Source of the DNA: Catajapyx aquilonaris
Lineage: Eukaryota
Assembly: GCA_000934665.2 (NCBI GenBank)
Contig: KZ538029.1
Location: 124,001 to 155,566 of the forward strand
Length of the DNA: 31,566 nt
Reading direction: 5' to 3'
Part shown: positions 1 through 12,826 of the stretch, one piece after another
Layout of the letters: each line of letters opens with the position of its first letter
Position numbering within the stretch: the first letter of the stretch is position 1
The notes under the pieces: model-generated
What the model was told of the DNA's origin: nothing
What the model saw: the letters and a program-made list of their open reading frames with translations, nothing else
Databases searched by the model: none
Translations under genes and position numbers: made by a program

Positions 1-3000
1 GTCACCTGGTGGCAACCATAATATATATTTTTTAAAAAAGAATCCCTGGCAAACTGGGAGAGGAACGACCGCAGCTCTCTTGAGTCTTCCAGTTTGCTTC
101 CAAGATAAGACTATGCACTCTGCAGGCTCTTTTCACGCCCCCCCCCCTTTCCCCCATCCACCCCCGCCTTCTTCCTCTACCAAGGCCGGATCGATCCTTA
201 GCCTGCAACCGGGCCCATTCTTGGAAATAGCACTAGTAGTCTCTCACTAGGTCAATACACATCTCACGTACTAACATTTCCCTGACGCTGGTGCCAGCTG
301 GGGATAGGGTTGCGCCATTACGTTTTATACTGTTATTCTTAAGGGGAGGGGGAGGGGGGTCTTTTCTTTTAGCAGTGTCGTTAATCCTGCTAATGACCAA
401 CCGAGGTGGGATCAATGTGCTGTGGGCATATTTCATGGTTCAGTTAGCTGCTGAAAGTGCGGTTCATTTAAGCCCAGGTTGGTGGGACAATAGAAGGTAA
501 ATTATGTATTGTCAATTCGTGTACACTGTACCAAGGATCGTAGATGAACTACTGAGGACCAGAGAATCACTTTATGTAGAGGTGTCATTTGGTCGTCAAA
601 GACTCGTTATCGAGATACTATAGTGAACCTGTTGGCAGTACATGACAGTTGATAATAATAATAAGAGATATCCCGCCGATTTACTAATGTAGTACTATTC
701 TTCACCCATAGATGGCGCATACTCCCTGTGCACACTCCTGCCACTCTGAAGTCATGCGAGAGATAGCGACACTATCAGGTGGGATAAACATCCGACGGAG
801 AGAATAAGCCTATTAGGAGAACGATGGGCCTAAAGGTATGTAATATCCTTGCAGGTATGCAACACTCCTCGCGACCTTCGCAGCTCTTGGCGTTTGCAAT
901 TTAAGATGGTTATATCCTGCAGAATTCAAGGCCAGTCCATTAATATTTTGTGGCGGTAAAAAGAATGAGCTGAACTTGACAAGTCGAGCGGTTTGAAGTA
1001 CGTACATAGGGGGATGTGTGTTCTTTTTCCTGTTTGGGAGCACCTGCTGTTTACGTGCGTTGCATATGCATGTGAAAGTCAAACGCTGACATGGAATCCG
1101 GTCTAGCGCTAGGGACAACTACAAGGTCGGTTCTCTGTGTCGTCAAAACAGAATATTACTTTCTGGTGACTCTATATGTGCACATGTGACTTGCTATTCT
1201 ACAAATAGGTTTATGACCTAAAAGCACAATGTCAAATACGGTCCCCTCTCTCTGGTAATGTTATGGCAGCAGGTGTAGGAGTATAGTAGGGGTGGGGGGG
1301 GGGGGGGGAAANGGGGGAAAGACACTGATTGGAAGCTATTGTCCCCTCGTGGTCTGCTTTCTGAGCAGGGTTGATACATCCCTCCCACACTGAATCACAC
1401 TATGTTGCCATATTCCACACCCACTGTAACATCAACCTTCATCTGCATACAATTTACATTAAATGGATCCAGGATATGGCTCGTTTGTGGGATTCATTCA
1501 GTCAAAACACATCCTTTTAAATCCTATAGTGAAGACACAACAAATGACATGAAATTAGAAAAAGGCAGGGTGAAAAATTTAAAGCGTTTTGGGACTACCC
1601 GTGTTTTTCGAGGAGGGTTTCGGTGACTACCTTTGTTACTCTTGGCGGGAATTTATGTAGGCGCCGAGCCAGAAATAAGCTGCCGGGTTGACACACCCAC
1701 AACCCCGAATTCTTCAGCTTGGCATTTCCTGTTTGTAAACCGACTTGCTTGTTATCAAATATTATATGACAAGTATCGAGGCAAATAGGTTCTGATTGTT
1801 GTACACAGTGCTAACGGCCATAAAAGTAAAGGGTCTACACTTTAAAAAAAATCGTGACAACTCAATTTGTGGGGTGAGATTATCATAATTTGACTCAAAC
1901 GTCTCTGTCTGGATAAGGAAAATCCTAGGGAACTAACCCGATTACAAAAGAGACAGCAACCAGGCCACCCTTAATCGTGAAAAACGCGCCTCAATGCCAA
2001 TTTAGCAGTCGTAACGTAATTTCCAGGGGCATTTCGAAGTCGGCTCCATTTTTTTTGCCACATCCATCTTGATGCTGGCCCACTTCGTTTTATTCGTTAA
2101 GTCATGTTTCAAGACGATAAACTAGTCTTAAAGCCTATTCATTTGGTGTGTGCGACAGCAATTTCCTTACAAAATATCAGCATGTACCGGAACTCAAAAT
2201 CATTCGCATAATTAGTGGAAGGTCACTGATTTGAAACTTCCGTCCTTATGACAAAAACATGCTGCTTGTTTCAATGTTGCCATTTTCTTGATTTTCTGCC
2301 AGTAACATCGGTTCTGTTTCCAGCTTATCGCCCACAACCAACCCTGACGAATTGGGAAAACGCGACTTTTCTAGTTGTAAAAAATATATATATATGTGCA
2401 CGGGTTGTTGGTCCTAGTTTCGACGCCCTTTGCGCCTGACTAATGATGACGATGATGGTAGTGATGATAAGTCACTCGGAGGTGTGGGGGCGGAAACTTG
2501 GGGATCTCAAATTGGATCCAACTCGGGCTGAACGCCAAATCGTCACTTGTGTCAAAGGACACTAGACATAACCTTACAAACTAGTTAGTCAAAAGACAGT
2601 TGATTGGACATGGTGGCGCCACCAGTACGACACCAAAAGTTACGAGCTCTCGGTTTTCCATGAACAATTACAGCATGATGACGAATATAGGCGCAAAAAA
2701 TGTCCCCTCCATCCCCTATGATGCGGCCAGTTCCTTCATCACCCTTGGCCAGACAGAGTGAAACACAACGTTTCTAAGAAATGAGACGAGGGAACCGGCC
2801 TCCACATAAAAGTTTCCTTCAATTGTTGGGTCCTTTGTTCCGATTTTTTGGGCGGGTCATCCACAGGGGAAATAACGTTAGGAATTTTATTAACTTGCGT
2901 GGATTTTAAAGTGCTTCCGGATTTAGGACCCGGGTCAAAGTACTCCCGATTTTTGGCAGCTGCTTTGAGGGTAGTTCCGGGGGTCTACAGTAAAAACCGT

Positions 3001-3217
3001 GGTTGGAGGACCCCAGGCAGATGGTGGCCCACAAAGGGTGTCCTTGTTCCCCCATCCCCTACTGGCTGGAGGGGGGGAAAAGCAGCAGACAGACGGTATC
3101 CATCGTCTCTTGGAGATGATGAGGAGGAAGCCAGCTTTGCTTATTTTACTAACTGAAACTTAGATGCACTTTGCTGGATAGTTGTGTTTGATACGGTTCT
3201 ATCGATAGGCTGGATAC

Positions 3218-3268
3218 AAGATGGCGGCCAAAGTAGCACCGGAAGTACGACCGGAAGTAGCCAATCAG
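3218..3268. promoter_or_regulatory. Promoter-like motif cluster (YY1-type, 2x ETS, CCAAT)
   Basis: CAAGATGGCGGC followed within ~50 bp by two CCGGAAGT and AGCCAATCAG. No gene could be attached to it; it may be TE-internal. Confidence 0.35.
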
Positions 3269-5041
3269 CCCCATGCCAGTTATAAGCAACCATACTAATA
3301 TGTACATTAATTATGATCCGGCAAGGTCGTGACAGATTGCAGTGGAAACGTACGATTATTACACTTCCGGTACAGATTCATGTAATCACAAGTAGGCTTC
3401 TGAAGGGTCGGACAATCAACAGGATGAATCTCACGTGTGTTTAGACAGCGTGTAAATCAGAATTTTGGATACGATTTTTTTGTCGGAATGCCCCGAAAAT
3501 GATTACGCGTAATCACACTCCTATTTGATATGCTATTGAGAAATGATAACATTTTTGATTAGATGCAACAAGGATTAGCAAGGTTGCAAATACTGACAGG
3601 GGGGCCCTCCTTGCTTGTATTCAATTACTGCGAAAGACTCCCGCAGTTACGCCCGCAAAAACATTTGACCTCTCGTGCCGCAGCCTCACCCCTTGATTAC
3701 ACCCGCTTAGCTAATTATTTGTTTGTAATCATCGCCTGCTGGACTGCACAAATATCATGCCACTGATTTTGTGAAAACAACCAAATTGGAGTAAACAGGG
3801 TGCTGTGCTATAGGATGGAGCTACTAATAAAGGAGGGCAGTGACCACGCCCTGGGTGGGAGGGTGTGCATGTGATGACCCCTTTGGTGACCCACCCCATC
3901 GTCTTCAGGGTGTCCGGCGCCGGTCACGAATAGACACGTATGATACAAGACTGATGACCGACATTGGTTAGATGCGGGTTACCGATAGTTGGCCAGTGTA
4001 TTTCTAGGATCTCGTGCCGTCGGTCATTGACGTCGTTGCAATAATTTGACCGGTTTTTTTTTGTAAACACAGCGCTTCCGGTATCGCAACAAGATTCGAG
4101 TACACTTTTTCTAAAGGCCAATGAAATTTCAATTGGTCAACGATTACATAGTCGTTGCCAAGTAACATATACGGAAAATAATTTCTAGAGCATGTGGCGG
4201 ATAGAGTGAACCCGAAAAACCGGAAGTGGCCGGTCACCGGAAGTTGACCAGTATATTCAGATATGCTGAATCTGAAAATCGATAGTTACCTGTCCACCAT
4301 GACGGACGAACACGTATGAAAAAAAGTATAAGACACTGTCCAAACTGTATGTTTACATTGCCATACAGTGGTTTAAATCCCTCTGAGTTGATTAAACCCC
4401 CCAGAATATCAGACAGGTGCAAAAAGTAGCCGGAAATTCTTGTTTCAAGCAGCTGCTGAATGTTCCCACGATGGGAAAAATAACCGCCGGAACACATGTC
4501 GCTATCTGTCACAATTCCGCAATCGGTCCTGTTGCTAAGAGCGTGTCATATACTATCTACTTCAGGACTATAATTCGCCGCCACGCCTAAAACGGCTCGA
4601 TAAAGTCCAACACACTGGCAAAAAAAAAAGGCAGCATCTAGTGTCGACAATCCATCCCGGATCAATGCAAGACACCGGGTATTTTTTTTTGAGGGGAATC
4701 CGGGGGCCCAATCTGAGCAGAGGGCTTTAAACCCGCTGTCTCCGGGCACCCCTTTTCCCTTGATGAGACCCACTTTCTACGGGCTCCCGGTGTGCCAAAT
4801 CCGGATCTCCGGATTCAGGAGATGCCGTGCCTAACTACAAATTGCGACAGAGGGTTTGTGGGTGTATCTATATAGGGGACCCCCCCTAGCACCCAGTCGA
4901 AAAGGAAGCAACGAATGCTGCCAATTTATATCATTTATTCTTCTATTTATATTACTAGAAAGCAACCCGGAGTTGCCCAGGCAAGAATTAAACGACATTT
5001 TATGCGTAAAACTGGCGTAGGAACTGAAAATAATAAGCCTC

Positions 5042-5091
5042 ATCTGAGGTGGCCAACATGCCTCGTAATCTGAGGTGGCCAACACGCCTCG
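5042..5091. repeat. Tandem duplication, 2 x ~26 bp
   Basis: ATCTGAGGTGGCCAACA(T/C)GCCTCG occurs twice head-to-tail. Confidence 0.8.
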
Positions 5092-7464
5092 GTTAGCGGA
5101 GTCGACGCATGCGTGGAATTTATTCTGATAGGAGGTGTAAACATCCTTAAATATTTTGCCATCATTTGTTACGAATTGAATGGCGCAGTTTGTTTTAGTG
5201 TGACAACCTGAATTGTATAGGGAGAACTGGAAACTACAAAAAGGCGTGAAATATGTGAGACACCGGAACCTTTTTGTCGAATTCCTTCACGGATTTTTGA
5301 TTCTGATATATATCTACTTGCGAAAAATCTGCGGGAAATCGCAAGTGGAAGTCAGCAATTATGGTCATATCCTGCTCCAATCGGCAACACACCTGACACC
5401 TATAATTTTTTTTTCATCGGGGTCTTTTCTGGAACAATGGTACACACATTATGGTTGAATTTGGCTCGGTAATGTGTGATTAACCCCATCGATATGGCGG
5501 GTCACGTCTTGCAAACAATACTGGTGAGCACAGGATGTTACCGGATGTTACTTTGTACTCTCGGTTATCATCTTCAGATCTACTAGGATGCTGAACAGGC
5601 AAAAATAATGGGTAGGACATACTGTACATTTTAAAAATAATAATTCCTGCTGAGCGTCTTTTGATGTTTTCCCATAGGGTGGTGCACCCTCAAGAGACTT
5701 GACCTTGTTTATGACCACCTGGCCCCCAGCACCTCCTTATTCACGCGACAGCTGGCAATCTGTGCCCAGCCTTTCGGGGTCAGCTGCACACTCGGTACAC
5801 ATGGTCGTGCCCGTCTTAATCGCATTGCATCCTTTTCATAAACACTGTTGCAAATTGACCTCTTGGGGGTTCAACTTGGCAACCCAGGCGGTCAGTGGAA
5901 GTGGTCCATTATGCCTATTAGGCCACATATGCATGGGGACAAAGGACGATGACCAACAGGACACAACCTTCTAATATTTTATGATATTGTTGTACATTAG
6001 GTTTGAATCACACAGGGTGAGACTACTAACTGTACCTTGCCATGGCCCTGTGGGTACGAAGTGACCCTCAAAGTTTGGGGTCTTATCTGAGATCGAAGTG
6101 GTTCCCAGGGGCCAAAAGGCGTTGGACCAACGGAGCGAAAACAACCAAAATCCAAGACAAAGCCGGTTTCTTTCATTCACCGGAAGTACTTGATGAAGGT
6201 GGGGGGAAAAGAAAGAACTGGCTTGTTGGACTGGAAAATGTATATATAAATGCAGACTATTTCCTCACAAAGATTCGTCCCTTTCGGCTTATGATGGACT
6301 ATACGGTTAGGAATATGAGCCTTGACTTTGAACTATGTAAAACGGTGGTATTATGCAGACCTGGGAGTATGATAGTGCAAGCTCAAGGACTAGTGGTGCG
6401 CAGGGCACAAAAGCCTGTGTAATGATTTACTGGGTGAGTCATAACTTCTAGTCAGTAACCTTGCTGTACGCTATTTATAGGTGAGGAGTCGCTGTAAATC
6501 ATATGAAATGTGTTTTTGCTCTTTCCACGTACTTGAAATACGATCTGAAATCATTTTTTTTGAAAGGAAATACGTTTTTTTTTTCAATTGACAGCCCGGT
6601 TTAGTATTCATTGTTAGATATATTGCTACCAGCAATATATTAATAACATCTAACCCTCACAAAATCTCACAAAATGTGATGAAACTATGTCATTATGAGT
6701 CATATTTACTTCAATTTTTCCCTCCCTGTGTAATGAGTCATTGATTGATATTTACTACAATTTTTGTTGCTAAAATTTGCTGGGTAAAATTTGAGCAAAA
6801 TTATGCCCAGAGAAACTCGAAGTCGCTCTAATCTAGTCAGACAGAAAATACTCAAAAACAATGTGGTCAGCCATGCAACCAACAATGGAGGAAATGAACA
6901 TTTTCTTGAAAAACAAGTACCGAAGCCCTCGTAATATATTCTGGGCATGTATACCGTCACGTTAAACCAGTTCAGCCCCGTACATTCTGATTCAGATCGA
7001 CAACAATTTTGCATTTTTTTTCCTGAAATGAAAATTTACATCCCATTCTTAACAATGACGCGACTTATTTCAACATAATAGGTCACACTTGGCTTCCCAA
7101 CCTCTCACATAACAAGAGTTCGATGGGAGTGTGACCCTTCCTCAATTCAAAAGGTGACAATCGGAAGTAAGTTTGTCCACACTTTTAATTGTCCGGTGAT
7201 TCAACATATGAATCAGCGAGCGTCTCGACGTTGCCAAGTCGCACCAAGTGACGTCACATGTCTTGGAAATAGTCATATCTCTTTTCAAATCGTCGGATTT
7301 CCAATTTCCGTTCAAGCCCTGCGATTTCCTCCTTTTGTGGATAGAAATTCCCCCCCCCCCTTTCCCTCCCTCCAAAATGTCAATCACTGTTAAATTAGCA
7401 TCAATTTCCACCGCTTTTTGGCTGCAACCTGAACTTTGCTGGTAAACTCGCTGAGCCTGAAGCA

Positions 7465-7700
7465 ACGTCACACCTAATTAGGAGCGTGTAATGTCTCCGT
7501 GTCAATTAATTGGTGCAGCTCAGTTTGGCTATTGTTATCATTTGAGGTGATGCGGACGAATTGATATGGCCTTCCACATACTGGCGCGTGTGACACATGT
7601 AGCCGCAAGGTGATGTTCCCTTGCAAAATTATGTATCCCCACTAATTGGAAGCGTGGGAATTAAGCAAAAAAAAATGACCCGGTTTTCAAATCGTGGGAA
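7465..7700. promoter_or_regulatory. Candidate intronic enhancer with CSL/Su(H), homeodomain and T-box-type sites
   Basis: CGTGGGAA at 7653-7660 and 7693-7700; CTAATTAG, CAATTAATTG and CTAATTGG; TCACACCT near 7468. Motif evidence only. Confidence 0.4.
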
Positions 7701-8365
7701 CACCCTGTAGCGATAGGTGAATCATCATCCAAGAAATCCAGCAATGTGGACAGGAACTATGTCAACTCTATTTTCTATGATTGATAGCAAACTGTGTCGT
7801 CACTCCCACCCGGACCAAAAAAACCGCGTTGGCAGTACACGACCTTCGACGCTTTTTGCCTACAGTCGAACCTGCATGCAAGTTATGTTTATAGGCGTAG
7901 TTACACGCTAAGAACTAGTCTGTCTTTTAAGCCTCCAAACTGACGCCTCCGTTTTCCCCTTCAAAGTCTATACCTGTCTGGAAGAGGCGGTATTTTTACC
8001 GAAATGTTCCCCCTTCCTTTCACTTTCAAAAGACTCAGCAACCGGAGGCGGAATCCCTCAAAATATGTAGCATGTCCTTAGATAAGCAGTGGGATCTTCT
8101 TTTTAAGTAAAAGTGCCGGCTTAGTGAAAACCCATGAGTGCCTATATTCTGACGTCAAATTGTAAGCCCAAAACCGCATCTAAAAGTAGTCTGCCCCAAA
8201 TAATAGATCAAGGACGGCCAGTATTTATCCTCATGTTCAGCCGTGCATTTGCCGTGTTTACCTCCAGCTTTCGATTTCAACTGGCTAAAAATTTCAGAAA
8301 ATATTACATTATCTGAAAGTGCACCGATCCAATCGATTTGCATTTTGGGGGAGGTTGGCACTCAT

Positions 8366-8529
8366 GGGACTGTTGACCACAAGTTGGCACCCCTGGGACA
8401 GGTTGACCACAAGTTGGTACCATAGGACTGTTGACCACAAGTTGGCACCCCTGGGACATGTTGACCACAAGTTGGTACCATAGGACTGTTGACCACAGGT
8501 TGGTACCCCCTGGGACTGTTGACCACAAG
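8366..8529. repeat. Minisatellite, ~5.6 units of 29-30 bp alternating two variants (~58-bp higher-order unit)
   Basis: Core GGAC(T/AG/AT)GTTGACCACA(A/G)GTTGG, followed alternately by CACCCCT-like and TACCATA tails. Confidence 0.9.
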
Positions 8530-8848
8530 GTCTCATCAGTTGGAGTGTCAATTACGCGAATTTGATGAATTTAAGGTGATGCGTGCTTGTGGGTAGGATA
8601 ACCCATTTGCCGCTTGTGGTCAGCCTCCTGTAACTGGTGGAAGGCCAGTTGTTTCCTCCAGCAACCGGCTTTGAAGAACCGGAAGCTTCTTTCGCATGCC
8701 GGAGAGTGTTCCACCATTCCTTCTTCGGCCCTGAGGGCACCGCGCGATTTCTTTTGTGGGACCGTCTCCCAAAAAAGAGGACCCGCGGGTTCTACCACCC
8801 CACAGATGTTGTATAGTAGGAGCTAGAGAGAGGAGCCCCGGAACTCAC

Positions 8849-8915
8849 CACTATCGATCAGCGCAATGGCGACCAAGAGCAGCACCATCCGAAAGGATCC
8901 CATCTTCATCTCCAT
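8849..8915 (-). CDS. Putative first coding exon (signal peptide) of a secreted or membrane protein; downstream exons not identified in the window
   Basis: ATG at 8915 gives MEMKMGSFRMVLLLVAIALIDS, ending at a consensus phase-1 donor G|GTGAGT (intron starts 8848); GC-rich context at 8.55-9.45 kb. Confidence 0.55.
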
Positions 8916-9914
8916 CCTCGCTTGGGATGAACCCGGAGGACCACAAAACTGGGCCACGGCTTGTCTCCCCAGCCGGTTTGATCCACTGCCCTTTTTGGAA
9001 CTCCCGAAGACAGAAAAGTGAGTGGGAAAAACCACACGAGAGAACAAATCCCACACGAGCAGCACCGACCTGTCCTGGACTGGCAGCGACGCCCGACTGA
9101 GGCAACTGAGGTCCTAGAACTCTCTTGTCTGGACGGTAGGCTCGCGGGGGTAGCGACCTTGCAGTGTTGGATAGTATGGATTGTACCAGCAAGGGTTCGG
9201 TGCGAGTGCCGGCAGGGAGCAGGCGCAGCTGTATACACACACACGCTCAGCTGAATTGGGAGCTTTTGCTGACTGTCTTTTGGCGGAACATGTTTCAAGA
9301 GCAATGGATATTAATGGTGACGTACTGGTGGCGCCACGAGCTCCTGGTGGCAAAAGAGCTAGGTGGGGTGAGATTGTGCCAGCGCATTTTTGGACAACAG
9401 TAGCGAATTTATGCATGTTTCACTGAGGGATGGTCAAGGTTGGCAATGACGATATTCGCGGTATAGGGCAAACTGTTCTGCTGTCCCAAGGAGAATCACC
9501 CTATCTCCCAAAACTAGTAAGAGTGAAAGTGTCATGCCCTGCACTAATGAGTCAGGGGTGGAGGTTGTATGCCGAGAGAAAACGGTTTTAATTCGTCAAT
9601 TTAAATTTCGCGGGTTTACTTAAAAACTGTTAAAATTTGCATTGTTTGACGTTTTTAGTTGTTACGATTTAACAAGGAATGTTTAAATTCAACAAAAAGT
9701 AGACTTGGTAAAAATTAACATTTGAATTTCACAATTAATACTAAAAAAGTTGACGTAACATAAAAGTTGCCGTCCGGTATAGGAAATTGGCCACAAAAAC
9801 CTTTGCTTTCTTCTAATCCAAGTTCTAATCTTTAAAATAAGGTAGGCTATCCGGCTATCGTAAAGTGAGATAATGACTATTTCGGCTCCAATGGCTCCAA
9901 GACGAAGATTATGG

Positions 9915-9938
9915 CTGCTGCTGCTGCTGCTGCTACTA

Positions 9939-10015
<77 letters not shown>
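9915..10015. repeat. Compound microsatellite (CTG)6(CTA)n
   Basis: Seen directly; explains the poly-Tyr and poly-Ser ORFs. Confidence 0.97.
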
Positions 10016-10986
10016 TCGTGATAGGCCCGGCTTGTCTGGTGCCATCTTTCAATATTCCCAACTTTATTATTCATGGCCTCGTTGGTGATCGGCTGATGGA
10101 CTTTCGGAGCTTGGGAGGAATTGGTGAAAACCCATCGAAACGCTTCTCACATGACATATCAGCACGATCCATGAATCGAACTCAGGAACGTCGGCTTCCA
10201 TCGGATGTAGAAAGGCGGTGATATTTTTAATATCCTTGGCCATGAATTATGTAACAAATTGAGCTACTATGTTCGTTAAAAACACTAACGACAGTGCTAC
10301 AATGGGCACAAAACCTGCTCAAAAATTGCCGAAAACGCCTCAGTTACTACCAACAATGGACTCTTTCAGCCATATATTAGTCCAGCCCACTAATAACATT
10401 TTCAAGAGCTCACATATATACGAGCAGCACGCTACCCACATATACACGGAGCCCCCCAGATGAGATGTATGTCCTGAGGGCCACTAATGAAATTCCCCCT
10501 CCAACAAAAGCCATGGGTAGCATGAAAGTATGATAAGAAGTAAAATGCCAGGCGATTCTGAACCTTAGAACCGAACCCACGCACCTAGTTCCGAGGGCAG
10601 GGTCGAATGAGCAGGTGGGTCTTTCGACCATTAAATGTCTTGCTGATGCAAGGTAAAACGAAAGGATGGAAGAAAAAAAATCACGGCAGCTGCTGTCCGG
10701 CAGGTGTTACCTGGGAAGGTATAGGTTGTGTGATAAAGGAAGTTCAAGGCACTCAGATTTGCACACTTTTATCTAGGATTTCTGGAGCCATCTGGATAGA
10801 TTAAATGTCTTTATTATAGCTAGATATTCAGACGAAATAATATCAAATGTTGAATCCAGGTGTTCTAGTTTTAAGACACGCATTTGTTCATACTGTTACA
10901 TTGAATTTGATACAAGAATATTCCCCAGCATACTTTTTTTTAAAAAAAATAATAAACATGCTTACTTATAGTTGTCGACGGCGAGT

Positions 10987-11537
10987 TTAACCGCCACATA
11001 TGCGCTGTGGAAATACAAAATATTTAACAATATTTCACATTGCAAGCGTGTATACTGTAACATTATGGAGTACCTACCTGATAAGGCTGTTATTTTTATA
11101 AATAGTATGTGGCATAAATATTTAAATTCACCCCCACTCGAGTGATATCCTACGTACCTTGCTGTCTTTTTCCATATCGCGTATTTGGTTCTCAAAGTTC
11201 CTGTCCACGATTGTCCTTGTTGTCGCCTTCATGCAATTTACTAAACGTTGAATTGGACTGTAAAGCAACAGACATCAGGGTGTGTTTCGATAGTGGGGAT
11301 CATGGTGGCTTACTCGCATATGATGTCAGGCTCATTCTGCAATCCATTTTCTGTGAGGAACTGATGATACACTGACATGCAAATCTCCGCCTTGCTCCCT
11401 ATTCCGAAGGTACGTGTTCCATCCAAACCAGCTTTGAATTGTTAAAAATTATATGATTTTTTTCCAGTAATTTTAAGAACTATCTTACCTATCAGCAAGT
11501 TGACGACAATAAGTGCCAGCAATTTTGCCTCAGCCAT
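10987..11537 (-). CDS. Small secreted 4-Cys protein, 94-97 aa, family not recognised
   Basis: Exons 11537-11489 (MAEAKLLALIVVNLLI, phase 1), 11431-11314, 11257-11158, probable microexon 11086-11078 (PYQ), 11004-10987 (RICGG*). All introns are GT-AG, 56-73 nt, with consistent phases. 5'UTR donor G|GTAAGA at 11622; 3'UTR donor at 10965; AATAAA at 10815-10810. Confidence 0.75.
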
Positions 11538-12715
11538 CTGTGAAGGGCGGGAAATGTTTGTTAAGAACTTAATTTCCAGATTTTTTTCGCACCTCTGAAG
11601 GTAGTTTTGGCAGGTTTCTTACCGGAAATATTAGAAGAGGTGTCACGGGATGCTGACTTCAACGCGGACTTGGAATTACTGTGCAACGGACCTGTCACAT
11701 CCTTTTGTATGAATCCTTGAGTTGTGCAGACAATGTATTGCATAGAAGGACAGTTAAGATAATACTGCAGTTTCATTCATGTCTTGACACGACAAGATCC
11801 CCGCGAAACAAAGCTAGTTTGCGACAGCAACATTTCTTTATTTCTGATACATCATGTAGTTAAAACGTTTATGTCATTACGCCAGCTAGAGATAAGTCGG
11901 TTGGCTTATGAATGGTGAATTTCGAAATGATTTTGTCATCATTCTGAATTTCATATCTTCAAATTGCAAAAGAATTGTTTGAAAAGGCCGTATGCATATT
12001 TATAACATAACTTACATAAGGTCAAGTTTGTTTGCGGTATATTTTCTTCAGCAAGTGACCTTCAGTGATTGTGACCTTATGATTTCTAGGGCGGCCACAA
12101 GAGCTGATGATATAAACGAGTTACATCATCAATTTGGTAATTTTCTCATTCCCCCTGTTGACCCACATGAGACGTGATTGTAAGCCGACATTATTTATTG
12201 GAACACTTATGTTCCTTTTCCTTTAAGAAGACGCAAAGTTAAATTATTTATTGTGAGTGATAAGCGCTATCTGCATTTTATGTCAAAATGAATATTCCTT
12301 CAGCTATTTTTCCCCCAACATATTATTTTGCGCGCTATCTTGGGATTTGCCTCTGAGACATTATCTCAGCAATCTCAGGAATTTTTCATATTCACATCGC
12401 AGTATATTGGAAGTCCACCAGACGTCTACAGTTTACTGTACGACGTAGTGTAGACAAGCAGCTATAGAATGAGTATATAAACGGAAGTCCTATGCGTCAT
12501 GGAAAGTCGTTTTTCTGCAGCACGTTTTTCTGGCATCGCTTTCATGTTGCAACACTCATAATGGACAGGAAATACAGCCTGACTCTGAGGATGTTTGGCA
12601 AACAGTTTTTGTTTCCTTCCAGATAATGGCTAATGAATCACTGGATATTTGTTAGATTCGCATCATACCCATGCCGACGATGAATAGCAAATTGCTCTTT
12701 ATACCAGCTGCCGTT

Positions 12716-12775
12716 TGTTTACACTGATTGTTATGTATTTTAAAATATTACATGTTTGGCTGTTACCAAAGTAAC
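12716..12775 (+). promoter_or_regulatory. Forkhead site plus RFX X-box upstream of the ciliary gene
   Basis: TGTTTACA at 12716-12723; GTTACCAAAGTAAC at 12762-12775 fits X-box half-sites (GTTRCC...RGYAAC), ~50 bp before the ATG at 12827. Confidence 0.6.
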
Positions 12776-12826
12776 GGAATCTCAGCCAGAAGCAGTTCTG
12801 ATTGTGAATCGTTAACAGCATCCGAC

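Noticed and set aside
706..719. CTCF-like site CCCATAGATGGCGC (similar ones at 1-15 and ~9345)
   Set aside because: Partial matches only; not distinguishable from chance without a PWM scan or ChIP data.
2443..2531. C/D-box snoRNA (ATGATGA ... CTGA)
   Set aside because: The C-like motif lies in a degenerate (GAT)n run; no terminal stem or recognisable guide.
6036..6086. Possible minus-strand phase 1-1 exon (DKTPNFEGHFVPTGPWQ) for the 8.9-kb signal-peptide gene
   Set aside because: Weak donor (GTACAG), no recognisable domain and no following exon; cannot be supported.
233..8316. Short ORFs across 0.2-8.3 kb
   Set aside because: No domain resemblance and no phase-consistent splice chain; consistent with intronic or intergenic DNA.
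8366..8529. CRISPR array
   Set aside because: The units are contiguous with recurring, not unique, intervening sequence; no cas genes; eukaryotic context.
8849..8915. Naming the signal-peptide gene as Notch, Delta or Serrate
   Set aside because: No EGF, DSL or MNNL exon was found in the window; exon phase and CSL sites are not sufficient.
9873..10088. Poly-Tyr / poly-Ser ORFs
   Set aside because: Products of the (CTG)n(CTA)n microsatellite.
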